Origin: Haliotis rubra
Taxonomy: Eukaryota
Direction of reading: 5' to 3'
DNA: 64,000 nucleotides
NCBI RefSeq assembly: GCF_003918875.1
Contig: NW_025767174.1
Location: 310,001-374,000, forward strand
Both the position numbers and the translations under genes were made by a program. The notes under the pieces were generated by a model, which was not told where the DNA came from, searched no databases, and was given only the letters and a program-made list of their open reading frames with translations. Position 1 is the stretch's first letter. Each line of letters starts with the position of its first letter. Below, in pieces: positions 10,320 to 23,334 of this stretch.

Positions 10320-11195
10320 CTTTCTTATAAAATGTCTTAAAATGGTAAACGTTTAGGAGCAACATCACCCTCAGCTTTCCTTCCACCTCAAATTGATTTA
10401 CCGACATCCTTGGTCGGTGTCGTAACTAGTAACTTGTTACTTTCTTCGTTTCTTCAGTTTTCGTTCGGAATCAGCTTGAGCGTTTGTCTTTCTTTCCGGC
10501 AACTTACCTACAATGTCAATAAATATCAATACGCCCATCCAGCTCTACAGGATACTGATCGATATCCTGTAGACAGAGTTATTCGCATAAAAGGCAGTCG
10601 GGCATAAATGCCACTTTCTGTTATAACGAGGTGATTGTGGAGATCCGTTATAACCGTATCTTAAAAGGTTTGAGGTGGTTATGGTAGGAACAGTATGTTG
10701 TTATGGTCCCGTTTCCAAACATGTATCATGTGTTTGAATAAACTGATCAACACAACGTGATTCGTGTTCGTTTCAGGGAGTATTGTTTTACTCGCTTCTT
10801 TTGTTATTGCAACAATGGGATCACTTAAAGTGAGATTACATGTTTTATTCCTCGTCATCTTGTGTTAATGCATTGCTACGACTAGGTTATTTAAGAGTGA
10901 GTGAATGACGTTGTATTCCGCCTCTTGCAGTTTTCAGCAATAGTACGACTGAAGCCTCTGAAAGTGTCACCATTATTGCAGAGGATCTGCAATACACATC
11001 CCCTAGGGTTGGGACTTGAGCTGCCGGTGCCTCTGCCATTGGCATGAAGGAGGGTCTTGATGGTCTTGCTGCTGGTGAAGGTGACGTCTATGTTGGCTCC
11101 GTAACGTCACGTCGTTTTCCTCAAAACGTTGGCTCCCATAGTCTCGCCTATGACAAATCAGTGTTTATTTTTGGCAGCGACCAATGCTCTATGGT

Positions 11196-11447
11196 GAGTT
11201 GAGGTGAAATTGGGTTTAACGTCGTTCTTGAGAATATTTCGCTCATATGACGACGTGCCCACTGAGATACCATGCCGCAGTGAAGCATGAATACCCCATA
11301 TTGTACTGACTCCGAGCCGACCAGTCCTTGTTGTACCCATTAATGCCGAGCGCCAGACAGGGACCAACAAGTACCATATTTTAACGTCTTTTGGTTTGCC
11401 GCGGTCGGGGATCGAACCCGCTCTAACCACTACACCACGGAGGCGGT
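11196..11447 (-). mobile_element. tRNA-derived SINE (third family) with 15-bp TSD
   Basis: ccaatgctctatggt at 11181-11195 and 11448-11462. Box A/B head on the minus strand (ggtgtagtggttaga..gggttcgatcccc). Confidence 0.8.
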
Positions 11448-12209
11448 CCAATGCTCTATGGTCACTACGTTCCATTTTAAACTCAACTTTTAAGGAACTG
11501 TATTTGGATGGATAGGACCTGTGCCTGAGAAGGATTAAGACATAATAAAAACAATGGAGAATTCATAGCTTCCGAGAACGATGTAATACGGTCTACACAG
11601 TTGCGTCCCTTTGGCATGCCCAAAACGTTCCGACCGAAGCCGGAACGCCCAGTCTGTGTTTCTAGGTTTCTCAGCATGTTGGTTGCCCCACAGTGGTAAA
11701 CGTCTTAGACCTGCACATATCGGGCTTGTCTTCTACATGATACCGGCGTGACGTCAATACTTTCCAAAGCGACGTTAAATCTCACTCTCACTCAAACACT
11801 CACTCACTCACAGATTGAACATTCCATGCATCTCATATATAGACAAAAATAGCAAATATATTCTCCGAAACAAAAACATTTAAACGTGTTGGTTATGTTA
11901 CGGTTTTAAGTTCAAAGACACCTTCGATCCAATGAACTCTGTATTTTTGTGTTACTGTGAACAGCACGCGTAACATATCGACTACACCCACAACCTCGTA
12001 ATGTGTAAACATATTGTGGTTTGACGTGCTGCATCTACGAACAGCTTATTGGGAAACAAATAGTCAACGTCAACCAAATTATTGGAAACGTGACTTTATC
12101 CCTTTATTTCGATTTAAAACCTTTTCGAGACTATGTTAAGATAGAGTTGTACAGACACCCACGCTGGGCAGGTTGTTGGTGTTCGAAACTTGGGGAGGGG
12201 GAGGCGGAG

Positions 12210-12370
12210 GATGGGTAGCCTAGTGGTTAAAGCGTTCGCTCGTCACGCCGAAGACCCGGTTCGATTCCCCACAAGGGTACAATGTGTGAAGCCCATTTCT
12301 GGTGTCCCCCGTCGTGATATTGCTGGAATATTGCTAAAAGCGGCGTAAACCTAAACTCACTCACTCACTC
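12210..12370 (+). mobile_element. SINE family A, full length
   Basis: Near-consensus copy with (ACTC)n tail. Confidence 0.85.
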
Positions 12371-13409
12371 GAAACATCTGACAATCGTGAATGAAAGTGT
12401 GGGTGTATTGGTGGATCGATTCCTTCCTACAATGTACAACACGACAAGTGTTGTGTATACGGCAAACAAAAAGTACTATCTGGAACGTGCTTTTCTTAAA
12501 TAATCTCATTCTGATCTGGACTAGAAGTGGGCATAAGGCGAAATTTAAGACATTGAGTGAGCTTGATTTTACATCGTTTTTAACAATATTCCAACAGTTT
12601 CACGGCGTGGGACACCAGAAATCAACGTCACACATAATATGGTTTGTTGGTTGTTTAACCCCTGGATGCCCCGGGTTTTTTTCAGGCGCACATTTTCACA
12701 CGGTTTGAAAAGTGAACGTTGTGCGAAATTTGCGCTCGCGTGGTCCTGGATCTGCGTACGGCTATAAAATTACACAGAAATGTAGAATATTAAATTTCCT
12801 ATCCGTTGGTATAAATACACAAAATGTATAAGTGCAACTACCTCGGCGGTTTGAGAGATAGACCCTGTTAAATGTTGTCCAAATTTTTGTTATGGGTTAC
12901 AAAAACAGTAAATTTATCCGCTTTTTATCGTGCACCGATAAAAGCACTGTGCTACGATTTTTAACTTTGGCATCTTTACGGAAAGTGTGAGCGAAGAAAA
13001 TACAGCCTGATATCTGAACCACATAAGTGTATATGAATTGGGTTTGTGTGCTTATGCATAACGTTATAGGCTCAACATTAAAAATGACTCGCAATAAATG
13101 TCAAAAATGGATTTTCTTCTATGACGTCAAACGACGACAGAGAGGTCATACGTGTATAATAACGCCACACACAGCAATATTCCAGTTAAATTCCAGCGGC
13201 GGTCTGTAAATAATCGAGTCTGGACCAGACAATCCAGTGATCATGAGTCACTCATGAGGGGAATTGAACCCGAAACGTCGGTGTAAGGAGGAAATGCTTT
13301 AACCACTTGGCTACCCGACAGCCTTCAAAGAATATATGTTAGATACAGCAACACTTCTGGGGTTCCAACAGCTGGACCGATCCAAAAGTAACATGTTCAC
13401 CTGAGAAAG

Positions 13410-13573
13410 GGGCGGCGGGGTAGCTTAGTGGTTAAAGCGTCGCTCCTCACGCCGAAGACCCGGGTTCGATTCCCCACATGGGTACAATGTGTGATGCCTA
13501 TTTCTGGTGTCCCCTGTCGTGATAATGCTGGAATATTGCTAAAGGCGGCGTGAAACTAAACTCACTCACTCAC
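13410..13573 (+). mobile_element. SINE family A, full length, TSD tcacctgagaaa
   Basis: Consensus copy flanked by cacctgagaaa. Confidence 0.85.
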
Positions 13574-14159
13574 CTGAGAAAACGGTTCTGACATCACATA
13601 CATAACAGGACCCCCCTGACAGTCATCGATTGGAATTTGGTAGGTGTACGTTGCCTTCACAATGTTTTCCGTCCTTACGTTCCCCGCGGGGCGGTGAGTT
13701 AGCCCAGTGGTTAAAGCGTTCGCTCGTCGCGCCGAAGAGTTCGAGTTTGATACAATGTGTGAAGTCCATTTCTGGTGTCCCCCGTCGTGATATTGCTGAA
13801 ATGTTGGAATTGCTCAAATCAAACAACCAAGATTGTGACAAGCGACTACAGAGATCTAGTTGTCTGGCTTATTGATTGTTAAAGCTTGCCATCGTATCCC
13901 AAATGTGTTCATCTATGCTCTTGATATTAACCATTGGTTTTCCGATCCAAATTCAGTTATTTTCAGACCGCCGACATATAATGGAACATTACGGAGTGTG
14001 GCGCTAAAACATCAAAACCGGACCTATCGAGTAGAAATTACCTAACTTTGATAAGATATTTGTGGTGCGCTTCACTCAATATGAACAATTTCTGGTGCAG
14101 AGTTGATCTTTCGATCACCACGCGATAGCATACAGCTTTTAGAAGAGGGCGGAAACAGC

Positions 14160-14162
<3 letters not shown>

Positions 14163-14201
<39 letters not shown>

Positions 14202-14236
14202 ATTGAGAACAGTGTGTGTGTGTGGTGTGTGTGTGT
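14163..14236. repeat. (GT)n microsatellite
   Basis: Direct reading of the sequence. Confidence 0.95.
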
Positions 14237-14514
14237 CATTTTTATCCGAGTTTCAATGGTCATTTAATAAACTTTCAGGACAAAGGGGGTGGGGTGGGGT
14301 GCGCAACCCTGCACCCCCCTTCTGGATCCGCCTATGAGCATACACGACAACCAATGAGAGCCACTTTATTTAAGAAATACAGTTCGCTCTACCACCATGT
14401 ATAGTGTAATACAGCACACTTTCGCCCTGAACTAGTATAACGTTAAAGCACTCGGACGCAAGTTGAAAAAACCCCAGATAATTTACTGAAGGCCACAAGG
14501 GCCTGCAAATATTT

Positions 14515-14678
14515 GACTGACTGAGTTTGGTTTTACGCCGCTTTTAGCAATATTCCAGCAACATCACGGCGGGGGACACCAGAAATGGGCTTCACACATT
14601 GTGCCCATGTGGGATTCGAACCCGGGTCTTCGGCGTGACGAGCCAACGCTTTAACCATTAGGTTCACCCCACCGCCCC
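14515..14678 (-). mobile_element. SINE family A, TSD gcaaatatttga
   Basis: Consensus copy with a flanking direct repeat. Confidence 0.85.
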
Positions 14679-14882
14679 GCAAATATTTGAAACTGCCAGC
14701 CCGATACAATATCAACCGGCGCTGGGCCTCCGGGCGGGCGATTATTTCGAACGCTTACATCAACATCTACATCAAACTGTTATACCGACAAACTTGATCG
14801 GTGTCTTTAAACAACTATCAGGCCACTTGTAACTTGTAGGTGATAAACTCCGGGCATTAATAATCATACTCCTGTACTCATG

Positions 14883-15079
14883 AAGTATGAGGACTATTTT
14901 TATGGATATACAACTTCTTTATTCTATATAGGCGACGTTTCGACATAGATTCTAATGTCGTTGTCAAGCAAGAATCTCTGTCGAAACGTCGCCTATATAG
15001 AATAAAGAAGTTGTATATCCATAAAAAAAGTCCTCATTCTTCATCTACCCAACTTCTAGAATGCCAATCAAAGAAGTCT
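14883..15079. mobile_element. Penelope-like pseudo-LTR foldback with hammerhead-like core, 10-bp TSD TGTACTCATG
   Basis: ~70-bp near-perfect inverted arms (14881-14952 and 14971-15043) containing gtcgaaacgtcg...aataaa. Direct repeats at 14873-14882 and 15080-15089. Confidence 0.65.
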
Positions 15080-15295
15080 TGTACTCATGTCGAACTTGAA
15101 ACTAAAAGATACGCTATGGTTACATGCACACAAGTTTTCCGGATTTTAAAGAAGCCAGCCCGATACTGTGCAGCACATTTCTACAATTCACTTTTGTACG
15201 ACATTGCTATTTAAGATCTTTAAGTTGTCGTTTATAATAATTGCCCATGCTCACAAATTGTATGTGCTCTACACATCTTACACAAATGAAATAGG

Positions 15296-15462
15296 TGGGG
15301 TGGGGTAGCCCAGTGGTTAAAGCGTTCGCTCGTCACACCGAACACCCGGGTTCGATTCCCTACATTGGTAAAATGTGCGAAGCTCATTTCTGGTGTTCCC
15401 CGCCGTGATATTGCTGGAATATTGCTAAAAGCGACGCAAAATTAACTCACTCACACTCACTC
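15296..15462 (+). mobile_element. SINE family A
   Basis: Consensus match. Confidence 0.85.
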
Positions 15463-17206
15463 CACAGAGGACATTACAGCTTCAGTTTACTCTAACTGCT
15501 TTTATGACAAATTGCTTGTTTTTCATATTTTTTTTTAATTTGGTGCTATGACTTTTCTGTATGAAAATAATGTTGTAATGAAGACATATGTAGTTAAAAA
15601 CTCATTTGGACTTTGTAATTACAATGTGTATGTGTACAGACTTGGTCTCGTCGCTATACGACTCAATTATTGCCTATACGACGTAAACGTTTAACTCACT
15701 CACTTCAGAAACACGTTCAGAAGATTAACCAGGAAAAACCAAAATATTTATTCAACATGAAAGACAGAAGCACCAATAAAAGAATAAAATGTTGGCGTCA
15801 TTAAGAAGCTACCGTAAAATATAGAGAGAATTTACATAATAATATATTCCCATTTCGGATTTACAGTTCAATACTTTAACAAAATCATCAGTGATGCTTT
15901 TAATAAAACCAACCTTCAAGACAACCTCGTGTTTACATAGCATTCCCCATACGTAGAAAATGAAATATTGTATGTAAGCCCAGTGACCATCCATTAGATC
16001 AGAGACTAGATCTACTTCGAAATATCTCAAATTCTACCAGACATTGTTGTACATTATGAGTCATTATTTCTACAACCATTTATGCGAAATAATTACTGGG
16101 CTGGAATCGCTGTTTCAATGACTCATTCCTTACGCATCGTTCCTTTGGGAATCCTATTCCACAAATACATGAAGTAGGCTTTTACATTTTTGAAACCACG
16201 TTTGGCGCATGTGTAGTGTTGACGAGTGATTGTCATATCCGGTTTGACGAATCGACAGTCTCGCAGTGAAATAAACAAAGTTTCTGCACATATTTTGGAG
16301 TCACTGCAGGTAACGAGCCTCATCGATATCTGTAAACAACTCACACTTGATAACATCATTGAATGATAATGACAGCAATGGTGTTTAAATTAGTATTTGA
16401 TTGTATTTCATGGTGTTAGGGACAGTGCAGACGTCAAAAAAGCTCATGCAAATCAAAACATGTCGGAACGAAAACCCCTGCCATTTTGCGTGTTTGTGGT
16501 GGAAACGGCAAACGTTATACCAAATAGAAGACTCAGGATCACTGACACTTGGTGCTAGTTGATTCTTGGTGAATCCTTCATATCGTTGTTGTGCTTTTAT
16601 TACGAAACAGACTTTCAAACTATCGTACTTGCAGGTAACGCGGAAACTGCAAATTGTTGCGCTGCCATCTGTAAACGTAGATATTATTATTGTTACATAC
16701 CTACAATGTCATCTCCTTTTTGTCTATTAGCCTCCTTTTCAAATTCGACATTGCTTTGAATTTCACTTTATGAGTACTTGTGTTTAGGAATATCTTTATT
16801 GGTCACAAATTGTGATTGTAAATGAATTTCCACAAAATCCCTCGTGTTCATGATGTATACTTTGCTTTACTTTAATTTACTGGTTGGTGAAAAGCACACT
16901 ATCATCACTGGAAATGAAAAAAGCGAAATTTTGTTTCCATTAGTTTAAAGTATATAGCTGTTCTTTGTGTTTTATTGTTACTAAGGAAGTTACTTGAGCA
17001 TTTAGTTTTAGCAAACCATACGCAGATATTACAGAATAATAGAGAATATACACTGAGAATGTGTCTGTCATCTTGCCAACCATAATTTTATTAGGAAGGC
17101 TGCTTTGGTATAAACAGCAGACTGGCCAAGTAACAATGATGGATAAGTTACTCAGCTCTCAAATGTTCATACAACTTGTATTCTTTAATCTGGCATGTAC
17201 ACTGAA

Positions 17207-18630
17207 TAGGGCTTCAACGAGTCCATTTTCTTGGACTCGAGTACTCGAGGGGTGAGACTCGACTCGGACCCGAGTACTCGAAATTCATACCTTTCAAAAA
17301 ACGATAGCGTAACCGGCATGACATGTGTTCCGATCACACAAGTGAACACTTACTTCTTTCCGACTTCATATCGTCGTGTGACTAACATTTCCTATTGGTC
17401 AGAATCAGTATTTGGATGTTTACTTGCCAAATGTTTTTTTTCATCGTACTGGTTGTACTGCCTGCATAACGCAGTGATATACCGCACAGGCGGCATTTGG
17501 TTATTTTTCTCTTTTCACTATCCAGATCAAGACACGCCCATACATTTGATTTTTTATCGTTCTCCATGTCTGTTAAGATAGTTACCTAATCATTTTAAGA
17601 AGTGAAATCTCAAACGATGTATAATACTTACTCTCATCTGCAGACTTGTAACAACTAATACCATAGAGCCACACCGTATGAGGAGTAAACTACTTAATCT
17701 AGGCCTTAATAAAAACATTATCATATGGGTTAAAGAATTCAGGGTACATAGAACTCAGTATGTTAGTGTCAATGGCTATCAATCTTCTTTCCTCTCAACC
17801 CCTACTGGAGCTCCACAGGACTGTGTTCTTTCATCCGTACTCTTCGTTTTGTATACCAATGACTGTTACTTGTCATTAAATGACTTGTTTACTGTGAAAT
17901 TAGCAGATGACGCCACTGTTACTGGCCTAATTTCTGATTCTGAACCATATTATCGTCAAGGCATTGACAAAACCGTAATAACAGTTTTTATCAAACCTTT
18001 ATTCAAAGTGTGTTGACCTACAAGTTTCTATGTTGGTATGGGGCCTGTCTGATCGCAACAAAACAAACTTTTCAAAATTGTTAATACTGCCGGCAAAATT
18101 TCGAGTATATTCCCTTTATCTATGAGCGCCAGACTGTCAAAAAGGCAACTAAAATTAGATTTGATAGTTAAGATATTTTATCTCACCATTTTGAAGTACT
18201 TCTTTCTGGACGCTGCTGTCGATTACCTTCCCTCAAAACAAACAGAGCTCGACAGTCTTTCATACCATTAGTATTCCTGAATGCAACAAATATTTTGAAT
18301 TATCACCATGTGATAACAACTAGAATTATTCAGCCTCTTTACCTATGTGGTTAATTGAATTATATCATGTCAGTTTTATTGTGTAAATAGCTTTCGTTTT
18401 GAGCATGTAATTATTGTGTATATTTTTGTTCAGACAGTTTGGATGTATAAGAATTTCCTCCGGGATAATAAAGTTATATCTTATCTTAATATTAGGCGTT
18501 AATGGCCGCTCATGCTCGGCACATGGCAGACAGTCTGTCAACGTAATCCAATAATTCGTCCTAGAAAATGGACTCGAGTCCAGCTAAACCCGACTCGTCC
18601 TCGAGTACTCGAGTACCCGTGGAAGCCCTT
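17207..18630 (-). mobile_element. Deleted hAT transposon with BED-finger relic, 8-bp TSD ACACTGAA
   Basis: TIRs tagggcttc and gaagccctt, subterminal actcgagt repeats, TSD at 17199-17206 and 18631-18638. The minus ORF KSNVW..KCRLCGISLRYAGSTTSTM is a BED zinc finger. Confidence 0.85.
17640..18490 (+). mobile_element. 5'-truncated LINE RT fragment (Rex1/Babar-like) nested in the hAT element
   Basis: RTQYVSVNG..TGAPQDCVLSSVLFVLYTND..KLADDATVTGLI RT motifs. The 3' end is aataaagttatatcttatctt. Confidence 0.85.
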
Positions 18631-19439
18631 ACACTGAACGTGCTGAAAGTGAAAACCTAATTCCACACAATTGCAGTATGTAAAGCGGTATCTGTGTACT
18701 TGGGTGATGGCATGTCTTTTTGATAAAGTTATCTTTTATAAGTTATTACAATCTTCTGCTGTCCATGTGATTAATCAAGGAAACCCCGAATGTTTCTAAA
18801 ACATCTGAGGATATATTAGGATATGTATAATGAGCGCTTTTTATTACGATCCACACTGAATTTCGCTAGTTTACAATATGATTAACCTGTGTGCAACCAC
18901 AGATTTGTTGATAGGCTGGGGGAACTTTGTTGTTTTTTAAGGGAGCCACAGATTACCTCACGGTTTGACTGAAACCGCTGTATCACAAAGGGGGTTATAG
19001 TGAGGGATGACTGTACCTTGATGCGATGTTGCTGACATGTTGATAAAAGCAGTCTAAAATTGTATCACACTTGTTGCACTTGTTATTGTTTTGTCAACAA
19101 GCATCAATGATAACTTTGATTTACAGTGATTCATACAGATACACTTTGCATTTCTGTATAGACCTTAACTGTGCTACATAATCATGATAGTAATTATTCA
19201 GTTCAGGCTTACAGATGTAACATAGTGTTTTCAAAAAATATTTTAATATGTTGAAGGCATGAATTCATGCCTGTGATTATCAATAGTTAATATTGAATGA
19301 ACATGAGAAAGATTTTACAAACTATTAATGAGTCAGTGATCCTGCTTCCGACATTATAACATTTTATGATGTATTATCATGGCTATTATCATGATTATTA
19401 CCATGGCTGTTGTTTCTTTTAGATTACCCAGAGCTGAAC

Positions 19440-19613
19440 ATGAATGTGGGTGTGGCTCACAGTGACGCTAATCCCACCCACTCATACCTAAACAGCAAGG
19501 GGATATGGATTACATACATCATCATCATCTTCACTGCTCACCTCCTCATCCTCAGTGTCCCTTTCTTCTCAGTCGCAGTGGCCTGGACACTCACAAATGT
19601 CCTTCATGATGTG
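19440..19613 (+). CDS. ORMDL: ORM1-like protein, coding exon 1
   Basis: MNVGVAHSDANPTHSYLNSKGIWITY..LSVPFFSVAVAWTLTNVLHDV; gtaggt donor. Acceptor at 19421-22 implies an upstream UTR exon. Confidence 0.97.
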
Positions 19614-20259
19614 GTAGGTTACAAATACTTGTAAACCTGCTTGACTTTAATTGTGATTTAAGCCTCAAATGTTAAAATTCATTATTGATATACACAGATG
19701 TGTACAGTAGTGTGTACATTGTATTTCCGGTTGAAGATATATTATGAATACACAATGCCATTTAGAAAGTGGTCAAATGTAACACATGCCGTGGTGGCTG
19801 AGTGGGTTAGGTGCCTGACTCTGAGGTTGTGGGTTCAAATCCTGGATGGGACTCAACCCAACCAAATTGCTAGAATCTGTACTTACTGAGAAAGTGTAAT
19901 ACCAAATATACCATGTGTTACCTGAGATATACTATATTCCAATTTGATTGGTTGCCTGATTGGTATCCTGAACACTGATTGTTCTATTTTCTTAAGATGT
20001 AAATGTTAAAATCTAACCATGCTTACATTAGATATTCTATTTTAAATTTCAATGAAGCATATTTGGAATTGGAACAAATTATCACTAAAATTAGTACAAA
20101 AGCTGTCAAAATTTCAAACTTGTTAGATATCATGAGTCTGAGTTAGAGTAAGGCAAAACATCCATTCATGTTTGTCTATAATTACGTTTGTAACGACCAG
20201 TAAGTTAGCAAATGAAATGAGTTAGTTTCTAACCCTGGAAGGGTCTGTCTTTCTTGCAG

Positions 20260-20411
20260 ATAATGTTTGGTATCCTGCATGTGACGAAGGGCACACCGTG
20301 GGAAACACCTGACCAGGGAGATGCTCGGATGGAGACCCAGTGGGAGCAGATTGACTATGGAAAGCAGTTTACAGCAACTAAAAAATTTCTCACAATGGTT
20401 CCTATTGCATT
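20260..20411 (+). CDS. ORMDL: ORM1-like protein, coding exon 2
   Basis: [46 protein letters not shown]; ag/gtaagt boundaries. Confidence 0.97.
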
Positions 20412-21267
20412 GTAAGTACCTGTTCCATCAGATAAGAGTGGTGGGGTAGCCTAGTGGTGTGAGTGTTTGCTTGTCGTGCCAAAGACCCGGGTTCGATTCC
20501 CCACATGGGTACAATGTGTGAAGCCCATTTCTGGTGTCCCCTGTAAAGTAAGGATTAATTGTCCAAAGGAGTCTAAAATCATGGTGTTCAAAGTTCAGGC
20601 AAGAACAGTGCAGTTGCTGAGTGATAACGTGGCAGAATATGGATTTAGTTCTCTGTGTAATATCTAGGCACCCATTCCTCAATGTGATCTTACTGCTGTG
20701 ATTTTTGAAAGGCCAGAGAGAGAGACAGCCACAAGTCTGAGACTGGTAACAAGTTAAACTAGTTGTTTTACGTCAATAGCTAGTACTTCACAAAACAACT
20801 TCTATAAGAGGCATTTGGAAAAGAGTTTGTTCATATATTCTTATCCTTACTGACTACTGAACAACTACCTAATCCACAAATGGCTGCAGACCAATTGTTT
20901 GTGAGTACGGTTTAACACTGCTTTTAGCAACATCACAGCAGGGAACACCAGAAATAGGCTTCATACATTGTACCCATGTGGGGAATCGAACCCGGGTCTT
21001 CAGCGTGACAAGCGAACGCTTTAACCCTTAGGCTACCCCACCAGGCCAGTTGTGTCTGTTTCGGATGTCAATAATGAGTATTGGAGTTAAATCATCTTAG
21101 CGCTAAGATCACTAAGCCCCAGGTATGCACACAATGAAACTATCTATATTATCATGATTACCATGTTTAATAAGATGTTGGAGATATCACATGATCTACA
21201 CATAAACTGAAAGTATTTATGGTTCAGTAACAACATAGTCATTGTTTCTTTTTTATATTTATTTCAG

Positions 21268-21403
21268 ATTTTTCTTGGCAAGTTTTTATACAAGGTACGA
21301 CAGATATCATTTTATGATGAATGCAGCTTGCCTTGGACTCAGTATTATTCCCAAACTCCCAATGTTTCATGGGGTTCGCCTGTTCGGTATCAACAAATAT
21401 TAG
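21268..21403 (+). CDS. ORMDL: ORM1-like protein, terminal exon
   Basis: [30 protein letters not shown]. Total CDS is 462 nt, 153 aa. Confidence 0.97.
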
Positions 21404-22931
21404 CTGAAGATATGACCATTTCCTACTTGACTGAGCCAACACTGATGCTATTCAAAGTTGTCATGGATACCACATGTACTCTATCTTCACATTTATGGTA
21501 TTTTAGTTGCACTTGAGACCAGTATGGGCATTCACCCTGTGTGATATATTTTTTTAGCTCGTGGCTGTAAATGAAAGGAAGTGTCTGTTTCAGAATATTT
21601 ATTACAACTTTGTGGGAGCCCTTTATACTTGTTTATGTTCTTGAGTCTGTTTAACATTCACTTGTGACTATTTGAGAAATTATTATCCAAAACCTTGCAG
21701 ATATGGTGTTGTGTGTGAAGAAAACATGTGCTTTTGCTATGATCTGATGTGAGCTGCTCTCAAACATACAATGTTGCAGAAAACTCTTTCAAATATGCCG
21801 ATGTGATGTTAAATTTTAACTCACTCACTCTTTCAAATAAGTCATTCACATTGAAGAAAATTAACCGAAAGTCTACCCGCCCAAATTGTGACATATGGGA
21901 ACATTTCCAAAATGTTTAAAATTCGACTTGGACTTAGGGTACCTGTAACATTAGCAAAAATGGCTCATACTAGTGGGCTGGTGCTAATTTCTCTTCCTGA
22001 TTGAACATTGGATTACAGATACAGCATGTACCCGGTAGTATGTCCCACCAACAAAGGGGTATATGGCTACAGATATTATTATCAATACAACTTGAAAATA
22101 TCTACTAAACCTGAGTGACATTTCTGTATTGTTACTGTGACTCCTCTAATTTTACTATCGGTAATTGAGTTTTTGTGAAAATATGAAATGTGAAAGTCAT
22201 GGACAAGAATCCTGAGGATGTATTCCACTATTTAGATTTTGTGAAAATTTAATCTCAAACCTAAACTTTTAATTTTTTTCTATTGTTATAATATTCTCTG
22301 GCATCATTCCTCTCTTTATATGTTGGTTGATATTTATGTTCAGCACAATGTCCTTTTCAGTTGATACGTCAATACTGGAATTGCCAAGTAATGGCAGCCC
22401 TTGTCCATCAATTTCATTTTACCATGAGAACCTTATGTATATGTGAGAAATATATATGCTTGAATGAAAAAGTGTTTGGAATGTTTGTTTTGTTGAAAAT
22501 ATAGTTACTTTAGCATCTTTATCAGCTTTTGATACAGGTCAGTCTTTGATCTGGAACGGACTGAACATCTTTTTTACTTACGTGTTTCAATCATGGTGAA
22601 GTTTTAATATGTTTCATATATCTGTAATTTGATTTCAATTTATCCTGTTTCTTCAGATTAATTGAAAAAAGGAATGATAATAATTAGTAAAGGTGAAGAC
22701 TGAAATTGCCTGCAAAGTGATGTAAATGTATTTTGAAAGTCAAGCTGATTTTCAAAGCTTTTGAAATTGTCTTTCTTTTGAAATATATCTTTCATTACCA
22801 TTATGAGTAAATGGTATACCACTCAGCATTGCCAAGGACTACATCTCTGACTAAGTTTGAGAGAATAATTCTCTGATTACAAATTTGTGAAGCTGTATTT
22901 GATGATGAGAGATAATTTCCTTGACCTGGTG

Positions 22932-23334
22932 CAGGGGTTCAAAAAAATGTTAAAAAGCAACTTGCCACAGGGCAAGTGACTTTAAGAAAGTAACTTGTCC
23001 TGACTAAATTTCCACTTGCCCTGATTTTATGACATAATCATGATGATGAAATTATGAAAGAATAAATCAACATGGTATTTGATGTTAATGTTTACTGGAC
23101 TATTTATTGGAAAGTGATAAATAGCAAAGAAAGATAACTCTACTTTATTATCATTGTGAAATTCAATAGCTACATTTTGAGCAAATATGAAATTAAATCT
23201 AAGTTTATTTGCAGTTTGAAACCATAAGTGGAAATTATCTAGTAGCCCACGGACAAGTAAGATGCCATTATTTGATTGCCCGAAATGAAAACTGACTTGT
23301 CCCGGGCGTCGGCTTTGGGATATTTGAACCCCTG
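22932..23334. mobile_element. MITE with CAGGGG ends and 5-bp TSD TGGTG
   Basis: TIRs caggggttcaaa and tttgaacccctg; tggtg on both sides. Confidence 0.75.

Noticed and set aside
10890-11710. Possible minus-strand exons
   Set aside because: Coding-like composition and splice-like sites, but no consistent frame or recognisable motif.
12210-12290. tRNA genes at SINE heads
   Set aside because: Box A/B heads continue into the SINE body and tail in many diverged copies; no intact cloverleaf can be supported.
15809-16359. Coding-like minus-strand ORF fragments upstream of ORMDL
   Set aside because: Multiple stops and frameshifts with no identifiable family; at best an unassignable relic.
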